64,000 nt of DNA from Lepidodermella squamata. Its lineage: Eukaryota > Animalia > Gastrotricha. Below, in pieces: positions 12,928-23,778 of the stretch. Under the pieces are notes generated by a model. That model worked only from the letters and a program-made list of their open reading frames with translations, searched no databases and was not told the DNA's origin. A program made the position numbers and the translations under genes. Every line of letters begins with the position of its first letter. The stretch's first letter is position 1. The stretch lies in assembly GCA_047495785.1 (NCBI GenBank), contig JBLDXI010000029.1, forward strand, positions 3,534,001 to 3,598,000, in the 5' to 3' direction.

Positions 12928-13997
12928 TTATCCACAATATTCCATTGAAGAGAAAGCTAAATCTAGCTCCACAAACAGTTGCCATATAAGTTGCCATTGC
13001 GACTATTTTAATCACTGGTTGCTCTCCAAGAACTAAATTAATGGGCTCCTTAGAGTCGTCATTCGCATTAATTATCTTGAAGTCAGCTACAGTTTTTGCC
13101 GCTGCAGTCCAGTATATTGGCCTCTCGGCAGTGAAAGCTTCCCCATCGCACAGCTGACCACCGTCGCTTTCTGCCATTTCACGGCCAGGACCCCGCGCGG
13201 TTTTCATAGATCATAGTTTTATTACACCCAGCGCATAGAAGCGCATATACCCCTAGGCCAAGTATATGTTAGGGCTATATGTAATTATATGTTTACATAA
13301 TGTTACATAATGGACAGTTGATTTTCACATATTTGACACTTGATTTTTTAAGGAGGAGCACATATTGGACAGTTGTCTATTGTTCAGACCCATGAAACTC
13401 AAGAAACCCAAGAAACCCGTGGAAACCAAAATAGCTTTATTATTCAAAATCAATTAAGCCCTTCACAAAGTTGTCGCAGCCCGAAAACCGAGCAGCATTC
13501 CGTCCAATTTTCGACAAAATCGAGCAGCAATCGCCAACATTTCGTGAGAATTGAGCAGCACTCAGCGGCAATCTTCCAGCACCCAGAACTCCACCGGGAC
13601 AATCGAGACATCCAAGCAGCAGTCGTCATCAATGTTGAGAAAATCGCGCAGCATTCCTCCTCGAAATTGCCAAAACAGCGCCGTATTCGTCTTGTTTTCC
13701 GTGCCATTCCATTCCTTCTGTTCTCCATGCCTTACACTTATTTTAGTCTTTTGTTTGATGTCAGTATCGGTTACACGTAACACTGAGTAGCATATCATTT
13801 CCTCTGCATTTGGAGGTCCTTTGAACGAATCATGTTGGAGCAGTGGTGCGCAAAGTTTTCAACTAGAGGCATAGAGATGATAGAGTGCTCACTCGCAGCT
13901 AAGAGGGTGGAACGCTACGGGCACCAGATGGTAGGGGATTAACTCATTGTCCTGCTAATATACAATTCGACAATTAATATACAAGATACTGAACTAA
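12928..13997. repeat. Right arm of the 1070-bp inverted repeat (left arm 8871-9940)
   Basis: Reverse-complement match. Confidence 0.95.
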
Positions 13998-14225
13998 CTG
14001 AACCGAACGGGATCGATACCATGATTGAGCTTGAGATCGACAATGACCAGATCGGCGACTAGTTGCCATGAGTCGAATTCACTCGCCAGGTTGATTTGAT
14101 GAGCCGACAGTTCAAATAGCTCGAGCCATTGTGCGATTCTTCATCGTAGCAGCGTGCCAGTTTGACGCGAAGATCCGGCGGCAAAAAAGCGAGTGAAAAT
14201 CAAAACGAAAATCGACCGAATGAGC

Positions 14226-17200
14226 GGTCGTATGACATTTCGGCCCGCGACTTTTTGGTTACGACTTTTCAGCCCCGACTTTTCAGTCCCGTCAATTGAG
14301 CCGAAAGACAATTCAGCCCGCGACATAAGAGCCAAAATTTAAATGAAAAAGAGCGACATTTTAGCCGCGACAATTCAGCGAGCGACGTTTCAGCCCAAAA
14401 TAATTATTTCAAAGACGACATTTCCGCATTCGACATTTTAGCCAGCGATAATTCAGCCCTAATTACAAATTTTACTGAAGTTCCTTTCCGACTTCATGAC
14501 TCCATAAAATTATAATAAGGGCAAAACCTGTTGCAAGCGCTTTTATTTTGAATTCTTAGAAAGATTGTTACAACTACAACGTCAGGCATAAATTTGAACC
14601 AGGAAAAACTTAATCGAAAATCGAGTTAACGTGTATTAATTAGTTAACCATTAATTACAATTAAAGTCTGATAACGCTAAAGAGAGATAGCAGTGCTCCG
14701 CAGTCTTAATCGGAGTCTTCATGACCGCCGTTTCCATCGTCGGCATCGTCTACTTCATCAGTCCGGAAGCAGCGGCTTGCAGCTCCGATGTACTGAAGAA
14801 GCTGGTCATCCGTCCAGGTGTCGCTTTCGTTCTCGTAGCGGCTTACGAGGCGCTGAAGGTTGTCGTCGAGGCGCTGGTATTCGGCGTTTCTCGCTCGTTG
14901 AATCCGGGCGCCGTTGCGGAAAAGTTGAACTGTTTGATTCGCCCAGTTCGCCTCATTTCGCAGGCGCTCGACAAAGACGTAAAACTGTGGGTGAGCGCCC
15001 AGCAAAGCCTGGATTGCAAAGTGCCATCCTTCCAAGCTGGCGTCAGATCTCGGCAGCCGCTGACTATTTTAAGTTGACACAATTAAGCAAAAATTAGTGA
15101 CAGAAATAAATGCTTACGAACCGGACTCGATCGAATTGGTTCCAGTCGCTGACACGATATCGCGGGGGGTGGTAACCATGCTGGTGGTAGCCGACGAAAT
15201 TCCGACGGAAATAATCATAGACATCCGCCAAGCGCGGAAACTCCACAAGGAGCTCCGCGATATTATCATCGAGCATGTCAAAAGCACTGGAAACGCGATG
15301 CGAGGGAAGAAATGCCAGAGCGGGTAGCATACGAACGGCTTTCCGCAGGGCAGCAGACCGATTTTACGCGCGGCAAAGGTGATACCTCCGTACCTAAAAT
15401 CGTTAAGTTGTTTGAAGCTTAGAAATGGATTTCAAATGCTAACCTGTTTTATTAGGCATTGGGCCAAGTGGAAGAAACAGCCCGCAAGGACAATGTTGCG
15501 GAAAATTTCCACGATTGATGACCGGCTGGCCCGTTCAAAGTCCATGATCATGGTTAGCGGTTGCTCACTCTCACCCTGTTCGCTGACAAGTAAGTCGCGC
15601 ACAACGGTAAACAGGCGATCGTAAGTGGCCCGGGTGCGATCGGGAAGCAAGGCGAAAAGAGCGGGCACGACAAGACCCATCGCAAGAACAACGTGAATCG
15701 TGAAAAGCTGCGCGAACAGCCCTGGGCAAACCTTGAATGTGCCATCAGCAGCGAGGTTTCGGTAGGTGTGGATCCATGACAGACTACGTCGTGTGCCGAA
15801 GAGGAAGAAACGACGCGGATCAGCTGGTCCGGAATCGTGTAGTACGAATGGCTCATCGGCATGCGTGGTAGATAACTCAACGGGAATCTCGATAGCAGCC
15901 AAGCTTGTGGGAGCATTGCTTGATGTGACCCTGCTACGGCGCCTTGCTCGTTGTGCCATTCGCAACTGGGCGGTTCGACTTGGCATGTCGAGAACAGCAT
16001 CGTCCGGTAACCCAAGAGTTTCACTTTGAAGGACGTTTCTGGTTCTTTCACTAGTAACTCCTGCTCGTTGCTGAAATTGGATATTAAAAAGATTAATTTT
16101 GAAAAATTTGAAAAAACATTTGAAAACATATTCAAAAAAAATTAAAAAATGGAAAAATTTAATAGAATTGAATCAATTCAAGTTCGAAAAAGGATCATTG
16201 AAAATATTGAAGTCAATAAATGCTAGAAAATAAAAAATAATAATAATAGTAAATTAAATTTTAATTTTAATTTTAATAAATTTTTAAAATTTTTAAAAAA
16301 TTTAACAATTTTAAAATTAAATTGAACAATTAAAAAAATTAAATTCATTCTGGTTAACTTATTCTACAAAAATTATTTATATAGTTAAATACCTTAATCA
16401 AATTTTTTGCATAATGAGCCATAAGCTCATTGTTGGTCGGAAGGTGATGATTGTGCTCCTGACCATTCTGTCCCGCCAGAGGTTGCAGATTTCTATCGCA
16501 AACGATACGACAGCGGCAATTTCCTTCGGCTTCATTGCAGCGCCAGCTCGAAGTTCCGTCAGGATGTTGCCGGTGGAAGCGAAACCGGCAATTTTCAAAA
16601 ACAACTAGAGTTTTTCCCCTGTTGGACACCAGTTGCCGAGGAACTTCCCACGTTCGAGTGATGGTTGGTGGCAGCAACCCACTGGGAGCAGCGTTTGGGG
16701 CAGCATTCGATGTCGACAACGTACGCTGCGAACGAACCAAAGGTATAGTGGGACCTCCGGTGGATAGCGTACGTCTTTGGCGATTCCCTTGGTTTCGATT
16801 CCGATGCACGACGAATTCTTCTTCAGATGACGAAGATAATCGACGCTGGCGAGGAGCAGCATTCGTGCGGCGATCGCTTGAGCTTGGCTGGAGTAGGCGC
16901 TCATTGAGGACGAATAGGTCATCGAATGGATCTAAAAAAACATTACGATGCATTTACAAAGGCGAGTATTTAAATAATACCGAAATCCAAATCGTAACCC
17001 GCAACATCAGCTGAATCGTCGTTTAGCCCACCGATGGCTTGGTCGAGCAAATGATCTTCTACGGAGAAGAGAATAAACGAATAAAAAATGGAAGAAAGTA
17101 AATGAATAAAGATGTTCACCTTGCCTAACAACTGAGGTTCCGGCTGCTTGGTTTGATGGACCACCTATAGGGAAGATTTTACAGTAAGATAATCTTAACG

Positions 17201-18720
17201 TCAAAGAAATCCTGAAATACCTGAATCGTATCTTCTGGGCTGAGTCAAAGCATTGTCAGCTGAGCGCAAAGCTGCCAGAGGAATGTCGGCATCCGAATCT
17301 GAAGTGTTCAAGGTTACCCGCCTCCTGACTGGTCGAGGCTCCATGGCAGAACTACGCTGGGCTAGAGGTCGTCTTCGTGGCTGAGGCGATTCGAGCGGTG
17401 GCAAGTCGTCTTCGTCAACAGCACTTTGGCGGTTTGCTGGAGGGCGACGAATAGGGGAATACAGCAGAGAACGATCAAGCTCGTCTTCAATTGGCCGCTG
17501 CCGTTGAGCAGTGGTTTGGCGACTTCTGCTGCCTCTCGGGCGCCCTCTCGCTCTGCCACCACGAGTTGGAGCTGCAGTTGACGTCGGCTGAGTGGGCAGG
17601 GTTGCGTTCGAACCAGTTGGTTGAAAGCCTTCACTTTCGCCGAGTTCCGATCCAGAATCGGAATCATCGCCATCTTGTAGCCTCAACTTGATGATTTCCC
17701 TTGAAAAAGCATATATTTACTGCGATAAATGTAAGTATAGGAAAAATTTTAACCTGATAACTATACGCCGCCTACAGAGAGGACATTGCTTGTTAACCTC
17801 GCTGTCGCCCAGGACAGTGCGAATCCACTGCTTTAGGCAGCTTTTACAGTAAATGTGGCCGCAAATTAGCACCCTGGGATGCCTTGCCATCTCCCGGCAG
17901 ATCAGGCATTCCAAGAATGGTCGGAGATCTTGGGCTGCTTGGGCGCCTTGAGCAGGTGGCCATTCGCCTTCTTCCGGCAGAGCAGGGAGATCATTGTTGC
18001 CGTTGCCGTCGGGAGGCTGATCAGCGCAATTGCCAGTGCTCGCAAAGAGATATGCGATGAAAAAGAATATCTTTATGTGCATTTTAAAATTCAAATAGAT
18101 GCTAACGTTCAGAGTGATGGATTAAACCAATTGATTGCAGCTTAAATACCCGCAGGAATCGCAAGTTTCAATTATGGCGGAAAATCGGCGGGCTGATTAT
18201 GGCGCCCTGAGCATGAATTTTTCCTTATTTGGATATGTTTTTCCATCAAAAACTCGTTTATTACGTTTTAACCTTGAGCTGGACTGTCCATTACCAGTTT
18301 ATTGCTAATTTAATGAATGAAAAATTAGATCACGCGCTGATTAGTCCGTTTCGAGTTTATTGAAAATGAGAGAAGAACGAATAACAAAATCAAAACATTG
18401 GATAACATGATCCCAAAAAATATCAGTAACCCTGAGCAATACTGAATTTCTCCAGCTAAATGACCGTTTAAGCTGGGGCTGAATTGACGTTGGCTTATTT
18501 GTCGCCGGCTGAAACGTCATCACATTTCCATGTATTATGGGCTGAACTGTCATCAGCTAAATTGTCGCAGCTGAAATGTCGCCGAGATTTGATTGAATTT
18601 TGGCTGAGATGTCGCAGGCTGAATTGTCGTTCAATTATTTGGGCTGAACTGTCGTTGGGCTGAAAAGCCTGGCCGGAATAGTCGCGGCTGAATTGTCGTG
18701 TGCTGTATTGACGCCACACC
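14226..18720 (-). mobile_element. Full-length Mutator-like element (MULE), ~4.5 kb
   Basis: 8-bp TSD GAATGAGC at 14218-14225 and 18721-18728; GGT..ACC termini; arrays of GCGACAATTCAGCC-type subterminal repeats at both ends; internal FLYWCH-MULE transposase. Confidence 0.9.
14706..18082 (-). pseudogene. RING finger - FLYWCH - MULE DDE transposase (8 exons; one nonsense codon at 15364-15366)
   Basis: C3HC4 RING (CLIC..CGHIYCKSC..CPLC), FLYWCH (WRC..C..HNH), DGTFKVCP, MDFE, GCFFHLAQ, ALAFLP, EGWH. Seven GT-AG junctions splice in frame by hand. Confidence 0.85.
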
Positions 18721-19058
18721 GAATGAGCGTTTGATTTAAAAATGGCGAAAAGCTCAGTTTTTGATGAAAAATTAAGTTGGATGTTTTATTTTCCCATTTT
18801 CCATGATTTTTTAACCTTCGCAACGTGGGGGTAGGTATTTCAATGGAGCCCTGGCAATCGGTAGATGCTACTATGCCTCGGGGTATATGCAAATATTGGA
18901 CTTAGAGTCGTAAATATGTTGAAAAACCTCACATATTTCCTCCTCTATGTCCAATATATACACATATCACCGCATTTTTTATTTGCCGCTAACCGGTTAT
19001 ACACACGGTCACACGTTACCCTGCCTCTGGTTGGGAACGGCTTGGCCGTTGCATAATA

Positions 19059-19197
19059 CAGTGCTCTCTCGATAACTGCACGGGGTCGGGGTCCAGACCC
19101 GTGAAATTATCGAGGGAAACAGTTAACGAGGGATTTGCGTTTTTTTGCTTAAAACAGATGGTGCCACGCGACCGCTGCAGTTATCGAGGGAGCACTG
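19059..19197. mobile_element. pogo/Tigger-like MITE (139 bp)
   Basis: TIRs CAGTGCTC(T/C)CTCGATAACTGCA flanked by TA on both sides. Confidence 0.8.
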
Positions 19198-19844
19198 TAT
19201 ATCGGCCGAACCTTTTGCAATTTTTAAATTCAAGACCAGGTCCACTCGCCATAAGCCTGATGTGATTCCGATTCGAAGTAGTACAGCCGGAGAAAAGTTC
19301 TGCCGAAAATTGGTGGGATTTTGCGAAAGAATTACGCTAAAAAACACGCGCTTTTGTGAAGAGATCATGCTTAAAGAAAACCGCTATGAATTCTTGTTTC
19401 AAGCAGCGTGTCTCTTGTTCTTCTGTTCTCCATGCCTTACACTTATTTTAGTCTTTTGTTTGATGTCAGTATCGGTTACACGTAACACTGAGTAGCATAT
19501 CATTTCCTCTGCATTTGGAGGTCCTTTGAACGAATCATGTTGGAGCAGTGGTGCGCAAAGTTTTCAACTAGAGGCATAGAGATGATAGAGTGCTCACTCG
19601 CAGCTAAGAGGGTGGAACGCTACGGGCACCAGATGGTAGGGGATTAACTCATTGTCCTGCTAATATACAATTCGACAATTAATATACAAGATACTGAACT
19701 AAATACAATTCGATCGATTGCACTTATCGCTCGCTTCGATTGCTGGGGCCGAAGCTGGGAGTCGGGTCAATTAAACTTTGAAAGACGGCGGATTTTTTTA
19801 TACCAAATTTCTGCGTTCTGCGTTAACTCTGCCTGACCAGTCTA

Positions 19845-20543
19845 CACTCTCACAGAAAAGACGGGTTAGCGTAATGCAAAAAAACCGCATAAAGGCGCCT
19901 TAGCCTAAGGCGCCCTGTATTTTCGTAAGACGCCTTGAAGGCGCCTTTACTAATACGTCTTAGCCTGCTGAGGCGCCTTTATCAAGACGTCTTTGTGGCA
20001 GAATTGAGCTTTAAAGAAATCTATTAAAAAATCTATATAGGTTGTTGGGTTCGAACCCACGCACAATCATCCTCTCAGACAACCCATCATCCTCTCTGAC
20101 CACTACGCCACCACTGCTCTTGAAAACATTGTGCGATTTTTTGTTACTTGATCTGAATTTTTTTGGTCAGTTGCACTCGCAAAAAATGTCAAGTCCCTGA
20201 AAAGACGTCCTAAGAAGACGACTTGGTAAGGCATCTTTAAAAGACGACTTCGTAAGACGTCTTAAGAAGACGCCTTGGTAAGGCAACTTTAAAAGACGCC
20301 TGGGTAAGGCGTCCATGACGAAGACGTCTTGGCAAGGCGCCTTAAAATTTTTGATTTTTTGTCAAAGTCCCCGGCTGACCGAGTTTTTTGTCATTAATCA
20401 GCCTAGGCTGTGAATCACAGCCCTCTAAGACGCCTTGGAGGGATGAATCATGATGCAAGGCGACTTGAAGACGCCTTAAAGGCGCCTTGGAGCGGCTCTA
20501 AGGCGCCTTAGGCCTCATCAAACCCGTCCTAAAAATGAGAGTG
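19845..20543. mobile_element. Non-autonomous EnSpm/CACTA-type element
   Basis: CACTCTCA..GACGGGTT termini, 2-bp TA TSD, many AAGGCGCCTT/AAGACGTCTT subterminal palindromes; removal restores the transposase frame. Confidence 0.85.
20040..20118 (-). other. tRNA-derived Pol III promoter-like (SINE-head) segment inside the MITE
   Basis: A-box TGGCGTAGTGG and B-box GGTTCGAACCC about 40 nt apart; no complete cloverleaf. Confidence 0.55.
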
Positions 20544-22689
20544 TAGTTTGCGCGATTACTGCGCCTCTGTAAATTGCAACCCTGGTTATCTTCGTGATGT
20601 CATTGGCTCTATTTCGAACTGGTTAGTCGGTAAAGATGGAAGAATGTCTCAAATCGCCCTATCCTTGGATAGTATGTCAATCAGGAAAGACTGCATTTGG
20701 GACAGTAAGGACGAAAAGTTTGTTGGCACTGTCGATTTCGGTAATTCTGCAGCTGTTGGTTCAGATGGTGATGAAACAACTGCAACAGAAGCTTTAGTTC
20801 TGATGGCAGTTGGACTTCACGGTCATTGGAAAAGCCCATAGTTGCTTATGTTTTTGCCGATCATCCCGATGCCGAAATTTTGAAATCGCTCTTGAATGAT
20901 ACAATATCGGAGTTAGCAAAACAAAACATTATCACTCGAGCAGTTATTTATGATGGGGAAAAGGCTAATCAGCGGCTCGGACGACTGCTCGGCGCTGCGT
21001 TTGATGCCGACCCGGAAAAGTTGTCGTGTTCTTTCCAGCACCCCGACTTGCCAGACCCGATTTTCATCATTTATGACATTTGTCATTAGTTGAAACTGTT
21101 GAAGAATGCGTTGTCAGACTTGGGAATATATCACCTAAGAGATGGATCGAAAGTCGATTGGCGGTTTATTCTTGATTATTTTAAATTCAATCAACAGCAA
21201 AGCCATATAAAATTACCCGCACCTCTCTTCCCTTCCCCCTTCCCATATGGTTTGGGAAAATCAGAAAATGAAAGTTCGATTAGCGGTCTAAATTTCTAGC
21301 TTATATCAGTTGCCGATGCGATCAAGTACTGCCGCGAAACGCTGAAATTACCGCAGTTTTGTGGAAGTGAAGCAACCGAAGCCTTTATTCGCCGAATCAA
21401 CAATACCTTTGACCTACTTAATTCTCGTGTCGTGTCTGAGAAACAATTTCAAACAGCAATCACGAAGGAGAATTACGAATTTTCTTCATCCTATTTAATC
21501 GAAACCGCTCGAATTCTCGCAGATTTGGTTGATAACAATGAGAACCCATTCTACAAGCATCGGCGATCAACCGCAGTTATCGGCTTTTGCGTATCGATTA
21601 AATTAATTTTATCGTTATCGCATTATCTAAGCTGGAAAAATGATGGACAACCCCCAAGTTTCGATTCTTTCCCAAGCTATCGAGTCTCTCACAGTGTAGG
21701 AAGTAGCGGGGGGATGAAGGGGTTTACCCCCTCTTCGCGAATTGTTGCGCCCCCAAGAAAAGAGAACATCCCCCTTCTATACAGGTAATCGTAAATGTAT
21801 GGTCCCAGTTAACAAATACGCAATTTTCATTATAACATCGATATTCATGCATATTCTAACAATTTGTCGCTCGCCTGCTGTACCCTGCATTACACGCAGA
21901 TGGTTACTTATTTTGCGACAGCCAGTGAAAGTGAGTTCCTTTATTCCTCAGCACCTGTAAACGATAGTAGCCCAGGATTGATTAGCATACAATATTCTCA
22001 TTCTGCTTCCATATACAGCATTCAACAAGGAGAAATCCCATTTACATTGCAAAAATTAAAAAAAATTATTAGTAAAGACGGCGTGAAGCCTAATAGCAGA
22101 TGAACCATAAACCGGTGAATTATTTCATAAAGCCATTTAAAACACAGTGAAGCGCCGGTTTTGGATAAAGTTTTTATATGCCTACTACAATTGTTATTAA
22201 CCGAGCTTTCCAAATATGCTTAAAATATTTCTCCTATAACATCATAGATTTCGTGAAACTGAGGAGCAAAATACTAGCGCGCCTGAAATCACCGCGCGTA
22301 ATGGCGAGATGCTGCTTTTTTATTTGAAATTATTGTTAATCGGCCATTTTTTGCAGTCGCCGCGAAATCGCGCGTTCAAAAAGCAGTTTTTTGCTATCAG
22401 AATAATATTGCATGGAGAAGATGGGGAGTTTCGAGCCCATCTACTATTAGTCCCAAGAATAAAGCTACACTCCTTGGTGAATCCAAGTTAAGACGTCGAG
22501 TTTGTCGGTCAAAAACAAAGATTTTTTTCAAGTTTTTGGAAATATCATTGGATTTATTGCGCGTAAAATAAGGAACCAATTGGAAATACCTCGCGCGGGC
22601 TTTCTTTTTGAATTCTTCAAGTCAAAAGAAACCAAGTTTTTCCTGTACCATTCATCTGTCGATAAAAAGTTAAAATTGCCCTCCTCCCA

Positions 22690-23423
22690 CGGTGGTCTTC
22701 GCATCTCCATTGACTGAGCAGGATAGAAATAGAATGCTTTAGCAATGCCTCCATAGCGACAACCGTGCGTCCTTGGTGATCAAAAGAATGGCAGTGTTTT
22801 TTCAAGCGGCTTATAGGTTTTACAATGGCTTGGTAAACAACGAAATCTAAAACTTGTCAATGCCTGTTAAATACGACGTTCTGTTACAGTATGGGGCATA
22901 AATATTGAGCCGACTTTATTTATTCACAGCGCAGTCATTTCGGCTCCGATTCTCACAAATCTCATACCGTTGGAAAGCCCATGAAAAATGGTTTATTCCC
23001 CCTAAAATTTTCGATCAAGGGATCCAGACCAAATCCAAGTTATTGAAAGTTTAAGAAGTCGAGCCGATCGCACAAAAATCACCATCTGCTGAAAATAAAT
23101 CCTAGTTTTCGTACATATCAAAGGCAAACTCTGGACCCTGCCAAACCCTAAAAAATTGACGCATCACTACCCCGACATGCTCCAGACATCTCTGGCAATG
23201 ATTTGGGACATTGATATGTGCCCCATTGCGACACGATGGTATTTAACAGGCATTGACAAGTTTTAGATTTCGTTGTTTACCAAGCCATTGTAAAACCTAT
23301 AAGCCGCTTGAAAAAACACTGCCATTCTTTTGATCACCAAGGACGCACGGTTGTCGCTATGGAGGCATTGCTAAAGCATTCTATTTCTATCCTGCTCAGT
23401 CAATGGAGATGCGAAGACCACCG
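22690..23423. repeat. Perfect 185-bp inverted repeat (22690-22874 / 23239-23423) with diverged outer extensions, upstream of NLR copy 2
   Basis: Exact reverse complement; outer ~80 bp are diverged paralogs that also match ~57910-57990 upstream of NLR copy 3. Confidence 0.9.
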
Positions 23424-23778
23424 CGGTAGGAGGGCAATTTTAAATGTTTATTGAAAGATGAATGGTGATGGAAAACCTGGATTCCTTTCACTTGAAGAAT
23501 TAAAATCATCAAGCCTGGAGAAGTCTGAAACAATCATCTGAAAAACCTACAATATTCCTCGTTCTAGGAGTAGAATTCCAAAGATTTAGCGAGGCATTTC
23601 TATGTTTGCATTTTAGAATAATAAAACCTGATTGCTTGTGGGTTTCTACCAGCAACATGGGAAGCACATCAGGAAAAGTAGGTTTCACAAGAAACTTATT
23701 CGCTATCTACAAAATGGTGCCACTTTACAGCAAACTATCCCTCATGTAGAAGGGGCGAAAGGCTCGTCGGAATCGAAT

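Larger units (their letters stand above)
19798..21690 (+). pseudogene. P-element/THAP9-type transposase remnant, interrupted by a CACTA MITE, with stops and frameshifts
   Basis: Rejoined reading FLRSALTLPDQSSLRDY..NPG, LSLDSMSIRK, GTVDFG, ATEALVLMAVGLHGHWK, YDG, DICH*LKLLKN, KMKV, SEATEAFIRRINNTFDLLNSR; cut at YRVS by a new CAGTG.. insertion. Confidence 0.85.

Noticed and set aside
8609-18958. One 10-kb transposon bounded by TATTGGACATAGAGGAGGAAATATGT inverted repeats
   Set aside because: The motif looks like a subterminal repeat of the CATAT-rich family, the flanks do not rejoin, and the interior is a patchwork.
20040-20118. Functional tRNA gene
   Set aside because: No acceptor or anticodon stems; only A- and B-boxes.
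21800-22330. LINE RT fragment on the minus strand (and a possible LINE 3' remnant at ~7250-7360)
   Set aside because: Motif traces are too degraded to support without a search.
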